Part shown: one piece after another, positions 50,173 to 63,397 of the stretch
Numbering within the stretch: position 1 is the stretch's first letter
How the letters are laid out: each line of letters starts with the position of its first letter
Origin: Magallana gigas
Taxonomy: Eukaryota
Direction: 5' to 3'
DNA: 64,000 bases
NCBI RefSeq assembly: GCF_963853765.1
Contig: NC_088856.1
Location: 52,328,001-52,392,000 of the forward strand
The notes under the pieces: model-generated
What the model saw: the letters and a program-made list of their open reading frames with translations, nothing else
Database searches by the model: none
What the model was told of the DNA's origin: nothing
Translations under genes and position numbers: made by a program

Positions 50173-51047
50173 GTAACTTCTATAATATACAGACCAGTCT
50201 ACAGACAGACCACAGGACCAAGTCCGTTTTAATATCAATTTCAATACTTTACTTATAGTTACGTTGAAATTAATGTTAAAACGGGCTTGACCCCCCGGAA
50301 AATCAATATTAATAACTTCACACATGCAGTAAAGGGGGAGAGAGGGTCCGGATCCCCCCCCCCCCGGGGGACAGTTTAATTTTATTAAATATATATAATA
50401 AAGTCTCCAAAATATGTCTCGGACCCCCCCCCCCCCCCTACCACCACCACCGACAAATATAATTATCCATCGACCCCCCCCCCCCAGAAAAAGTTATGGA
50501 TCTGCACAGGCTGTTGAAAATAAATGCTAAAAAGTTAATCGTCTGTCTCAGATGTACTGACGCCAGTATGGTGGTCCGATGGTGCCGCATCTTCGCGCTT
50601 CGCCGTCGCATCTTCGCACTTTCGCCGTCGCACCTTCGCACTTTTGCCTTCGCAACTTCGCACTCTCGCACCTCGACTTAAAGGCGAAAGTGCGGGTCTG
50701 TACTGATTCGTATATCGGAGCTTACGAGCGGTCTGAAAAAAATTCGGACGGACTAGAGCTACAGACCTGCTGCTATGGTGTTCATATGGAGAAAAATCAC
50801 ACTATTAAACAGATCTAACTGTTCTCGATTAAAAAGAAACACTATTAATATTATCAATATTTTAGTCATTTTTTTTAAATAAGCGCATAACCTAGAAAAT
50901 TACATTCAAAATAGCGCGGCAAAATGCCTTATTGACATTTGGAAGTCCTCTAGATTTATACAACAATGTTCCGAGACCATTTGTTTACAGTCATGGCCGA
51001 TGTTCAAACCAGCAACAGGCACTAGTGGATCTATTAAAGTATAAAAG

Positions 51048-54000
51048 ATGAAGAAATTCTTTAATACTATAAAGAAGAAAACACAGGGTAAAGGAAGTTA
51101 CGACCCCCAGGAGGCAGCGGCCAGTGGAGGGGCTTCGGGAGGGTCCGAGGCGGGTTACGAGGTTCGCGAGAAAGATCTTCCCAAATTGCATAAAGCAGCA
51201 TGGACGGGGGATTTATCTAAAGTCGTGCAACTTGTCAAAAAGGACACGAGTGCTCTCGACAAAGAAAACAGGTATTTTAACATTTTATAAGTTAATTTGA
51301 GGAATATTCAGGCTGTATGCGAATTCTCGTCATTCGAAATTTGAGATTTAAATTACAGGTGTACGAGAAAAACAAGATTTGACATGTATCTTTTCTTGCA
51401 TTCTTCTGTCATCTTTTGAGACCGCAGTGTACCAGAGGAATTTGGTTGGCGCTGTAGTACATATAGGTCACTATAGTCAGAAGATTTTATGTTTGTTACA
51501 CTTAGCAGTACTGCTGTTCCTAGCATTAGAATATTATCTTTGTTAATTTAAGTCTGAATAAATGGGATCTGTTCGCTGTAAAAATCTGGTCTTTGCATAC
51601 AAAAGTATTTAAGAATATAACTTGAATGGGTTTAAATACCTACTACTACCCTGCTAAGACACTAAAGATTAAGTGACATATTATACACTCAAGAAAATGA
51701 AGTAAAGTCAAATCAACTCAAAAGCTGTTTATGAGTGCCTGCATCTTGCAAATAAATATACTTTAAATGATCTTTATGAACTATGAGCATACAATGATAA
51801 AATCTTCTAAATGAAATGTACCGGTAATCAACATGATCAAATTTTAGAAAATCTAGCACATGTGGCTATCAATATAGTAAGATGGAAATCAGTGGTGATC
51901 TGATTCATTGTCAGAGAGTGTGTCAGCTAGTGTATTACAACAATATCATTGCTTATTAATTCAACTCTAAAAACTGGTAATTCAAATCAATTAATAGCAA
52001 GAAATTGTACATTTGCCTGTATCAATCAGACATACCCATATCTACATGTGCTATAGGGGGTAATTTAATTTTTAGTAAATACTCTCTAGACTAGCACGAC
52101 AAGGTATTACAGAAATTACTGAAATAGTCGAAAGAACTTACAGACCAAAGCAACCCCCTTGCTTTAAAAAAACACCTTTTAGAAACTCACATATTCTTTT
52201 GTCTGCATTTGAGAAAAAACTAAAAAATATCTGTGATTTATTCAATGATTAACAGAATTTGTGTTTTATAATGAATGAGCGTTAATGTTTCAGGACTGCA
52301 CTGCATCTTGCCTGTGCCAAAGGCCATGCAGACATTGTCAAAGTTCTCCTTGAGTGGCATGCAAAGAGCAACATTGGAGACAGTGAGGCCAAGACCCCAC
52401 TACTCAAGGTAGGTCCAAAAGCTTGCAGTCAGAAATTACAAGTGAATTGATGAAAGATGAGAAAACAGCTAAAAGAAAATGATCTTTCTGACAATCACTT
52501 CTTCATGTATAGCAGTATATATCAAAGAGTTTTTCTGTGGAAGGGGGAATACCAGAAAAAATAATACTTGTGATGGTAGAATGATCTTGAGGTTTGCTTT
52601 TCTTGAACAAAGTTGAAGACAATTGATTTCATTACCATTAAGTAAAATGTATATACTCCTGTGACAACTGTTTTAATAACATTAAAATCAGCTTTCAGAC
52701 AAAGTTGAATCTTGCTCTCTCAAAAATTGGATTAACAGTACATATTAACACGTGTTACAGTAGTACTGTAAACCTATGCTGAATCGTGAAAGGTACCCCT
52801 TGTCTTTTCATGTGTGTTTTTTTTTTCCTTATTGATTACTCAATGGAGATTGATCTTTATATTTGAAAATTTGTCAGACATATTGTATTATATTTAAACA
52901 AAATCTGGCAGGTGAATTAATTGGAAGTGTGACATCTGTGGCTTCAAATTTTCTTCATAAATAATAAATGACTGTGCATTGAGACATATGTTAGAGAAGA
53001 AAAGGAGATATTTCAAGCCTGTCCAGTTAACCAGCTAGTCTTCAATGAGGAGACAATCAATAATTAATTGATAGTGCTGAAATGCGAGTGTTTTGGTTGT
53101 GAAAAGTGGGTTGTCATGGGAGAAAGAAGTTGTTCTTGTGTTAGATAATCCAACTGAAAGCATTTTATCTTGGTTGGTCTTCTTGATATTATATAGACTT
53201 TTTGGGGGCACAAAGTATGGTCACAAAAATGACAGATTGTCTTGCAAAAATGAACACACATGTAGAAATCATCATTACCTAGTGAAGTAGTGATCAGAGC
53301 ACTCGTGTCTGATAGATGATCTTTTTAATTTTTTCTTCTCTAAAACATTTTAAAATTTTGAGGTATATTCCAGATTAAATCTGAAATATATTACTATTTA
53401 CTAACATATTACATGTCAAAAATATATATATTAAAATCTACTTACCTAAAAAAAAAAAGTCATCAGAATGGTTATTTTAATTTTAAAGTGACAAATGGGA
53501 TACTGGTACTGTACCAGTTATTGGCTAAACCAAGAGTTCGGGTTTATAGCAAGCGACTATCCAAGATCTTTTAATTCAGTCGTCTGTTTCAAATAAAGAA
53601 AAGTAAGTTTGCTTCAAAACTTCCTTGAATATGATTTAAACATGAGCTTAAAAGATCATTATTTACCACTGATTTACATCTGAAAGTTTGTACTTTCAGC
53701 TGTCGGGAAAGTGACGTAATAAGTTAAAAATAGAATATTACCTCTTTGTGATACGTTATATATACCTTCTTTGATTTGACATATAATATCAGTACATATA
53801 ATATGTAAAAACTAAAGGAATTCATTAAATTTTGAGAGATTCATAGCACAGTTTAACGCCTGATTGCACATTATTATATACTGAATAACAAATGAATAAT
53901 TATATGAGTTTTGTTTGTGTATCATATCCCCTACGACTGTTAGTCCTACCCAAAAAGCGGCATAATTCAAATTAAATTTTGCAGAGTATCAAATCAACAT

Positions 54001-57000
54001 GTACAGGGATTTTACTATATGTTATTATCGCGGAGCGGAGAACTGGTACAGTTAATCGTAAAACTTGGCAACTTAGGGGCGTGCTAAAAAGCACAAAAAC
54101 AAGATGTTTTTGAGTTCTTAATAATGATAAAATCTAGCAGCTGGATAAACAAGGAAATCACCATTTAAAGTACGTGTGTCAAGTTTTATCCTAAAATATC
54201 AAGAAACAAGGAAATACGAAAAGAAAATTTTAGCTGATAATTGGTACAGTGCCAGTAGAGAAAACAAACTTGTAATAAGATATTTTGAGGTTGGCCTGAA
54301 TTTTATGAACAAAACACTTGTGTTCTTGGATTAAAAAAATATTATTTAGTATATTGTAATGTAAATAACAGTAAATAAAATGGTATTAAATTCTTTTCTC
54401 TGAGGCATATACATGTACCTTCACAGACTAATGGATAGCCAAGTTTTTACCTTTATTTTCCTTGTTCACAACTTAATTATAATTGTCCAGCTCATATTCT
54501 TTTCAGAATCTCAAGTTCAAACAGTTTTATTTGTAACTTGAGCTTTGAATGAGTACAATGTGCCAGAAGAAGTAAAACTTCTGAAAATTCTGAACACCAA
54601 GAGACCGTTGGAGCAGTTCTCAAGAATTTTAATACTGGTACTTAATTGTCTGAAGATAAGGGGGAAGAAATGACAGTTCGAAATTTCTATAGAAGATTTA
54701 GGAGAACATTCGTCACAATTTAATAAAAGTTATTAAATGCTCAATTATGTATCAAAATCAATATAGGAATAGTTGTAGATCATCCATTGTTGAGATGTTC
54801 TAGTAAACCTAGGTGTGTATGTGTACCCTCTCCTCAAAAGATCATTTTAAACAGAGCGTTTTATAAATCGACAAGATTACCCATCCTCACCTAATGAATC
54901 AGGGGGTGGTAGGATTTAAAATTCCTCTGCATGGAATTGAATGTCACTAATAGATCCAAGATTGTCACATTTAATTTATGAGTCTATAATGTCAATGTAC
55001 ATGATGAAGTAGATGTAATATATAACTATATAGATCTTTGATTGCCACATTGAATTTATAAAACTTTCTCTAAGTAATGCAGGAGGGCCATTGAAATACT
55101 TTTGAACTTGCACTCAAATAAATCAATGATTTGAGAACCATATGTGCATTACAATACAGCATGTCAAGTTCTTATTTAAAACAGCCTGTCACAATAAATT
55201 CTTAAGCTCAATACCTACAGAATAGATCTGCTACATAGTCTATGGCCTACATTTTTGCAAAACTTAGATATTTAACAATTTCCTTGACAAATGTCTTCTT
55301 TTGAAGCCATGGGTCAACAGAATTTTGGATATATAATTATGTCTACTCATCGTATGGTCTATTGGAAAATTTAATTTATATTTCTATAATTTTTATAAGA
55401 AAAAATGTTTTCTCCATAAATCCTTGCCTTTATAGTTTTATTTGAGAATGAATTTTGTAAACAGATTGAGGCACATAAGCTGTTATAAAGCTGCTAATGG
55501 CCAACTTAGGTTTGAGAAATTTCATGAGGCTCACAAAAACCTCGTACATGTAGTTTCAAATATTTCTCATACCAAAACAGTCTATTACCAGTACGTCTTA
55601 ATTTGCTATATTAATTGTCACCAAGAGAACCATTTTATCATTATGATATATCAATCAAGAATTAAAGCCATCACAGGTTTATTATATAATTGATGTGCTT
55701 GCTTGTTTAAATTTACAACTTTTTCATAAAAATTGTTTTCCAGGCAGTGGAATGCGGCCATGATGACTGTGTGAAGCTATTAATAGATCACAACGCCCAT
55801 GTTGATGCTGTGGATAAGTCTGGGAACTCGGGTCTCCACCTCGCGGTCCTATACAACCATCCAAAAATCGTCAAACTCCTGACATCCAAAGGGGCCAATG
55901 TCAACATAAAAAACAAGGTAACAATGTAGAACAATGTTTATAACCTACAGAGGTGCTTTCTGCCAAAAATGCTAGCCAGCAGAATACAGAATGAAATGTA
56001 AAACGTTTACAGTATTCTAATTATTCAGATACTTGTATTGCTCATTAGCTCAGCAATTTCAAGAAGCTCCAAATTCACTTACTGAGCTGTAATATTCAGG
56101 TTTCAGTGTTAATGACAGACACTGTTCCTCAGACTTAATACTGTAAACCAACTTTTTTTCGCGTGCGAGAAATTTTCGCGAGGTTCCCAAGAGCCTCGTT
56201 GTCACGAATATTTGTCGCCAGGAATTTTTTTTACGTATGGTTGTTATAAGAAAATACGGGTCTGGAAAAGGCTTGGTCATGAACATTAGTCGTCGTGAAC
56301 CAGTTTATTGAAGTAAATCATGTTCTCATTTTCAGACTGAGGAGGGCTTTGCTCCCTTGCACATGTCTATACAGCTGAAGCGAGATGAAATCACCAGGGC
56401 TCTCCTCATAGCCAAAGCCAACCCTGATGTACAGGATAACCTGGGCAGGTAAGAACAGGAAAGAGTAAAGAATGTGGACAAGTAAAACCTTGAATTTCTA
56501 GTGAATACCCGGACAGGTAAAAACATTGAAATTCTAGTGAATACCCGGACAGGTAAAAACATTGAAATTCTGGTGAATTCATGGGCAGGTAAAAACATTG
56601 AAATTCTGGTGAATTCATGAACAGGTAAAAACATTGAAATTCTAGTTAATACATGGGCAGGTAAAAACAATTAAAGAAATTAAAGGTAATACATGGGCAG
56701 GTAAAAACATTAAAATTCTATTTAATACCTGAACAGGTAAAAACATTGAAATTCTAGTTAATACATGGGCAGGTAAAAACATTGAAATTCTAGTGAATTC
56801 ATGGGCAGGTAAAAACATTGAAATTCTAGTTAATACATGGGCAGGTAAAAACATTGAAATTCAAGTTAATACATGGGCAGGTAAAAACATTGAAATTCTA
56901 GTTAATACATGGGCAGGTAAAAACATTGAAATTCAAGTTAATACATGGGCAGGTAAAAACATTGAAATTCTAGTTAATATATGGGCAGGTAAAAACATTG

Positions 57001-60000
57001 AAATTCTAGTTAATACATGGGCAGGTAAAAACAATTAAAGAAATTAAAGGGAATACATGGGCAGAAACAAAAAGTAAATTTCTCGTAAATTCCTGGGCAG
57101 GTAAGAACTTTAAGATTAAAGGGATTACCTGGGCAGCTAAAGTAAATCTTGTAGAACTTACAAGGATGACTTTTATACCTGATAGGTGAAAAATAAGGTA
57201 TCACTACCTGGCACTAGGTAAAATAAGATGTATGCTAGTTAAAGTTATTACCAACTCATATACCTTGCTAATTTAGATACAGTCACTGTGGAACTTTGAA
57301 GGTAGAGGTTGATATGTATATTTTTCTGGCATAAGATAATAGTAATTAAAAATTGAAAAGTCCATTGAATACAAAACCATGCCATGTGAATAATGGAGTT
57401 CTGAGAATTTGAATTATCTTTAGTAAATGTATGCATAGCATTAGATAGTAGAAGGAATTTGTATTACTAGAAGAAGTTACAGCAATATATTTGAATTCCA
57501 CATATTTTTGGCTTGTAAAGTGTGTCGAAAGCTACGGCAGTTATAACACTGTAATGCACACAAGGCACATGTACTTGAAGGTTATAATGACGAGTTTTAT
57601 TATGACGTCACAAACGTTAAACGCTGTAAACTGCAACGTCACAAGCGAAAATTTAAGTTCACACTTGTGGCTGTTACAGTGGCCCTTCCATTAATATGAA
57701 CTTACCCTTAGGATAAGATAGGAATTTTAAGGTATACTGTAAATCACATTTGCATATAAATTTTCATAACGCACTAACGCGCATTACTCAATTTGTATGC
57801 ACACACTGCTGCAGTAATGAGACTGTATATTTCAAAAAATCATGATTCAATGCTATAGTATGTAGAGTAATTGTCAGTGACTTTAATGATGTGCTCTCTC
57901 GTCCTTCAGAACCCCGCTGATGATTGCCTGTTACGACGGTGCCATCACGCCAATCAGAATGCTGCTACAGTTCAACGCACAGACCATCATCAAGGACAAG
58001 AAAGGTCAGGAAACCCGGCCATATTGATTCGAGGGACTTAATCTTGGGCTGATAACTGTTGAACTTTAATTTTTCATTAAGACAGCTTACTACAGTTCTG
58101 TAGCATTAACTGTAATGTAAACTTCTGGTTTGCTGAGTGTGCTTGATTTAAAAAAAAAATCTTTTGTAGGATGAATAGCAACATTTACTTAACTGTTTTG
58201 TATAGTTGACAGCATTTCTGAAGATATCACAGCATTGTTTACTCTGTTCTCTCTAGTTTACAGCATTGTTTAATACTGCGCTGAATGGTTTACAATATTG
58301 TTAGATATTGCTCTGTAGGGTTTTGAGCATTATATATTACAGTACTCTATAGAATGTATATTAACATTGTTCACCTTTGAACTGTAGGTTCACGTCATCG
58401 TTTTTCCTTGTTTTATTTGGTTCACAGTATTGTGTGATATTCTTCTGCATGGTTTACTGTTAACAGCACTTATTTACTTCTGCTCTGCAGGGTTTGCAGC
58501 ACTATTTACATCTATTCTGTAGGGTTTACATCATTATTTTCTTTGTTTTGTAGTGTTTACAGCATTATTTACTTTGTTATGTAGAGCATTGTTTATTTCT
58601 TCTCTGTAGGGTTTACTGCATTGTTAACTTCTTTGTAGGGTTTACAGCATTGTAAACTTCTTCTCTGTGGGGTTTACAGCATTATTTACTCCTGCTATGT
58701 AGGGTTTATAGCATTGTTTACTTCTGCTATGTAGGGTTTACAGCACTATTTATGTCTGCTATGTAGGGTTTACAGCATTGTTTAATACTTTTCAGTAGGA
58801 TTTACTACAATGTTTACATCTGTTGTGTAGGGTTTACAGCAGAAGACATGGCCAACATGACAGGACAGTACGCTGCCTCCCAGCTCCTGAGTGACCACAG
58901 CATGAAGCTGCGCCGATCTGCAGGGGGCAGCAGTCTGGCTGGGAGCATCACCCCCAGGGACACCCCCCGGGGATCAGTAGGACCATCCAGTGCCTCCACC
59001 ACCCCCAGAGATCCCTCATTGACCAACATGTTGCCAGTGGACAACAACGACAGAGGTTAGATACCTGTATCCATGACGATTGTCTTTTAAGAATAAATCA
59101 TGTATCATCTCGCTGTATGATTAGAATATTTTGATTTTTCTTTTTACTAAAGTAAGATTACTGCATATTTAATGAGAGAAGTTCAGTAGTTGACAAATTT
59201 TTAAACAAATTGTTTACTTATTTAGGAAACTCTTCACAAATGTCTATTGATTCTTTGTCAGTTTACTTATTTAGGAAACTCTTCACTAATTTTTATTTAT
59301 TCTTTGTCAGATATATAATGTAAACCGACTTTTATTATCATTCAAGAGAATTTTGAAAAAATTGTCAGGGCCAAGTTGTTTTGTTTATTTCTTGCCACAA
59401 ACCCAGTCTTGGTCACAAAAATTGATTAGGCGAAAAAAAGTTTATCACTTATCTAGTTAAATCTAAAATAAATTCATGGCAGATTAAGGTTTGTTAACAG
59501 TATTATGATGATAAATTCTGATTTTGACAGCGTATGACTCTGAGGAGGAGACGACCCAGAGCCGTGTGTCTCACAGTCAACAGGACGACTCCTGGGCTGA
59601 CGACAGCGTCAGTCTGGGCCCCGAGGGCAAGAAAAAGGTAACCAGTCCACAGGGGAACCAGTTCTCTCTTTATGTGTATATTGCCTTCATGTGAACAAGA
59701 TTATACTTCCAAATGGCATCATGATGTTTAATTCGTTCAAAATGGTGGTTTGTTTTTTTATTGTAAATATTAATGGTGGATAGACCATATCTAAATTTTA
59801 TCTTTTGTTGTGGGATTCATTATTAAAGTTGAACATGAGGCAAATTAAACTTATATAGTCTAGTTCTTTCATGCATGACTACAGTTGTGCATGATTTCTT
59901 TTTTCATTCAGTTTGTACATGTTGTAAGAATCATAATATTTATTGCAGATTTTAAATGACAGCATTAGCTTGATACAAAATTTTCAATTTTACTCAGTTA

Positions 60001-60758
60001 TTGAGCAAATCACCTAGCCTTTGCATAAAGACAATTTTAAAAGTATTTAGAAAAAAAACAAGCACAAATCTTTTATATTAAAGCTTTAATGAATCAGATT
60101 CAGAATTTTTCAACTTGTCGGCCATTTTTACACTTTATTCTGAGACGAGAGTTGTTTTGTAGAGAGTAATGCTTGATCCACTAGTAAGTCTTGTTCTTTG
60201 TGGTTTTCTCAGCGTTTGGCTTCCATTTAATCAGCTAGCTCACTGAAATCAAGGCCTCATTGAGTGATTTAATTTCTACTTCAGCATCACTTGTCACTTG
60301 TGAGCAGATTTTATTCGCAAAAAAGAAGAAAAGGGGGCTTCTTATTTATTTACAAGTTTATTTGTGAAGTACATTAATTCTTTTCAGACATGTCATTTTC
60401 AGATCTATGAAAAATTATCATTTACTACTAAAAATAAAAAAACCCAACAAATTAAACAATTAATAAAGATTTTGGCCATGTGTGGGTTTATTTTTTGCAT
60501 GCTACTATTTAATCATATGTTTGTATTAAAGCTTGTATATGAAAAACTGTTTGCAGAAATATAGACTGAGGTTTATTTTATTATGCCTCCATTAATTGGG
60601 AGAATGGATAAGAGGTCATCCCTAAGAAACTATTTACCCAGGTCATGTGATTTACACACTCTAAAACATGTAAAAACATTGATATAAACTGTTGTTAATG
60701 GTAGGATGATGGCGATGTAGACTCTGATATATTGGAGGACGAACTCGTTGAAACGGAT
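51048..60758 (+). CDS. ANKRD26: ANKRD26-like ankyrin repeat protein, exons 1-8; the gene continues beyond the window
   Basis: Exons 51048-51271, 52294-52408, 55744-55917, 56336-56448, 57910-58004, 58831-59055, 59531-59637 and (less certain) 60705-60758, with consistent phases. GYEVREKDLPKLHKAAWTGDLSKV...LDKENR|TALHLACAKGHADIV...KTPLLK|AVECGH...GNSGLHLAV matches the ANKRD26/POTE-family N-terminus. Orthology recalled, not computed. Confidence 0.82.
56440..57140 (+). repeat. 36-bp minisatellite (~16 copies plus degenerate ones) derived from the ANKRD26-like exon 4 end plus donor
   Basis: Unit CATGGGCAG|GTAAAAACATTGAAATTCTAGTTAATA; the real junction is CCTGGGCAG|gtaaga at 56448. Confidence 0.9.
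58200..58842 (+). repeat. Degenerate 32-bp minisatellite (~19 copies) derived from the ANKRD26-like exon 6 acceptor plus exon start
   Basis: Unit ...cttctgctatgtag|GGTTTACAGCAttattta; period 32 measured at 58701, 58733, 58765. The real junction is gtgtag|GGTTTACAGCAGAAGAC at 58831. Confidence 0.85.
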
Positions 60759-61197
60759 GTAAGAATTTGTGTTGTCCATAGCTAAGACGGTTTTCTAATC
60801 CCTATCCCTATGTTTTATCCTATAGATTGGTTGGTTTTTAATTTTAGATCTTGCACTGTTTTTAGATATATTTTTATCAAAATTTAGTGTTACCATATGT
60901 AGTGGATTTCTCAAAATATTTTTCCTTGAATTTGAAGTTTTAATTTTAAATGTAGAAATAATGATAACTTTATCCAGATTTTCATACGCTCTAGCCTCTA
61001 TACATGCGATAAATTATTTTAACTTCATAGAGGTGTTTTAGAGTAAATTGGACGGCAATGACGTGTTGTATATTTGAATTTCTGCAACCAGTTTCCAGTC
61101 TTAATTTTATTCATTTCGTATCAGTAACATATTTCTTTAAAAGTTTGATTGATATATGATAGTATATATAGTATGTTCAGTACTGCCATTTTCCTAT

Positions 61198-61464
61198 TAT
61201 AGTCTGTCCCAAGTTATTGCTTCCATCAATTTTTGAGGATTTTTAATAAAAATACACATACCTGTGAAAGAAATTCAATTGAAATCGATGAAAGGGAATA
61301 TATCCAAGATATCTTCATTGAACAATTATCCCTTTTCACTCATAAAATTTCACAGGTTCGAAAACAATTTTCTTACAGAGGTTTGTAATGGGAAATGTTT
61401 ACATCTTTTCTCCGTTCGGAATACACTCGGAATACATCGCGCAATTTTTAGCTCACCTGAGCCA

Positions 61465-61496
<32 letters not shown>

Positions 61497-61609
61497 GTCC
61501 GTTGTCTGTCGTTGTCGTCGTCGTTGTCGTCATTAACTTTTCACATTTTCATCTTCTTCTCAAGAACCACTGGGCAGATTTCAACCAAATTTGGCACAAA
61601 GCACCACTA

Positions 61610-61652
<43 letters not shown>

Positions 61653-63261
61653 CTTTAAAGGGGAGATAATTGAGAATTATTGAAAATTTGTTGGTATTTT
61701 TCAAAAATCTTCTTCTCAAAAACTATTTGGCCTGAATAGCTAAAACTTGTGTGGAGGCATCCTCAGGTAGTGTAGATTCAACTTTGTTCAAATCATGGTC
61801 CCCGGGGGTAGGGAGGGGCGACAAGAAGGGGATCAAATTTTACATAGGAATATATAGAGAAAATCTTTAAAATCTTCTTCTCAAAAACTATTGGGCCAGG
61901 AAAGCTCAAATTAAAATGGAAGCATCCACAGGTAGTGTAGATTCAAGTTTGTTCAAATCATGGTCCCTGGCGGTAGGGTGGGGCCACAATTGGGGGATAA
62001 AGTTTTACATAGGAATATATAGAGAAAATCTTTAAAAATCTTTTTCTCAAAAACTATTGGGCCACAAAAGCTCAAATTAAAATGGGAGCATCCACAGGTA
62101 GTGTAGATTCAAGTTCGTTCAAATCATGGTCCCCAGGGGTTGGGTGGGGCCACAATAGGGGGATGAATTTTTACATAGGAATAAATAGAGAAAATCTTTA
62201 AAAATCTTTTTCTCAAAAACTATTGGGCCAGAAAAGATCAAATTAAAATGGAAGCGTCCTCAGGTAGTGTAGATTCAAGTTTGTTCAAATCATAGTCCCT
62301 GGGGGTAGGGCGGGGCCACAATGGGGGGATCAATTTTTACATAGGAATATATATTAAATATCTCCTTATCAAAAACTATTAGGCCAGAAAGCTAAAATTT
62401 GAATGGAAGCATCCTCAGGTAGTGTAGATTCAAGTTTGTTCAAATCATGATCCCTGGGGGTAGGGTGGGGCCACAATTGGGGGATCAAGTTTTACATAGG
62501 AATATATAGAGAAAATCTTTAAAAATCTTCTTTTTAAAGACCATTTGGCCAGAAAAGCTTAAACTTGTGTAGAGGCATCCTCGGGTAGTGTAAATTCAAA
62601 ATCACAGTCCCTAGTGGTAGGGCGGGGCCGTGATGGCGGTTTGAATTTTTACATATATAGAGAAAATCTTTAAAAATATTCTTTAAAAAAGTTTTTCGGT
62701 CCAAAACTCAGTACTTAGTGTGAAAGCACAGGTTATGCAGATATAAGTTTGATGAAACCATGATACCCTAGAGAAAAGTGGGGCAACAAAATGGGGGGGG
62801 GGGGGGGGGGGGGTATATAGGAAAAGAGAAAAATCATCTTACAGGTACAACAACAAAAGGGGCTTGGTATTTACCAAAAGAAAGAGGTGGATAAAAATTG
62901 GCAGATTTTCAATTTTTTTTAGCAAGATCTACTGTACTTAGTTGTCAAGATATTTTGATACTGTAATGCTATTTTGATCAGAATTAAGGCAATTGTTGCT
63001 CAGGTGAGCGATGTGGCCCCTGGGCCTCTTGTTTAACATTATCATCCGGGCTTATTAATGGCTGATGCAATGCAAAATCTCCGTAGACTTTCAATTTTTG
63101 GATGTGTATTGAAACCTGAAGCAGTAGAGGGGGCGTTTCAAAACAGATAATCTGGACATTTTTCATGTTAGTGGATGAACGTAGTTTGAGCATATAGGTA
63201 TTTACTATTATTGAAATATCAAGCAAAAAGTGGTGGAAGCAAAAACTCGGGACAGAGTATA
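61198..63261. mobile_element. Tc1/mariner-like MITE (same family as 34676) interrupted by a Helentron-like insertion
   Basis: TIRs tatagtctgtcccaag ... ctcgggacagagtata; both halves align to 34676-35146. Confidence 0.8.
61450..63031 (+). mobile_element. Full non-autonomous Helentron-like (HINE/CvA-type) element with ~6 tandem ~166-bp satellite monomers
   Basis: 5' agctcacctgagccaaaggctcaagtgagc hairpin + (gtc/gtt) microsatellite; core monomers at ~61704, 61870, 62035, 62203, 62365, 62522; 3' caggtgagcgatgtggcccctgggcctcttg; inserted in a T run. Monomer size and context resemble the oyster Cg170 satellite (not aligned). Confidence 0.85.
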
Positions 63262-63297
63262 GTACATGAACTAGCTAATGGGATACCGGTAATCCTT

Positions 63298-63397
63298 AAG
63301 CTCAAAGGGTAGACCATTGGTTTTAAACGAAAGGGTCTTGACTTCGAGCCTAGTAGACCATTGGTTTTAAACGAAAGGGTCTTGACTTCGAGCCTAG
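63298..63397 (+). repeat. tRNA-like fragment with a 44-bp tandem duplication
   Basis: tagaccattggttttaaacgaaagggtcttgacttcgagcctag occurs twice, preceded by agctcaaagggt (degenerate A/B-box-like). Confidence 0.5.

Noticed and set aside
50560-50700. GC-rich TTCGCA-type stretch with Arg/Ala-rich ORFs
   Set aside because: Low-complexity repeat with no splice or domain support.
56332-57038. MFLPAHVLTRIS / KNIEILVNTWAG repeat ORFs
   Set aside because: 36-bp minisatellite in an intron; the true exon frame stops immediately after the donor.
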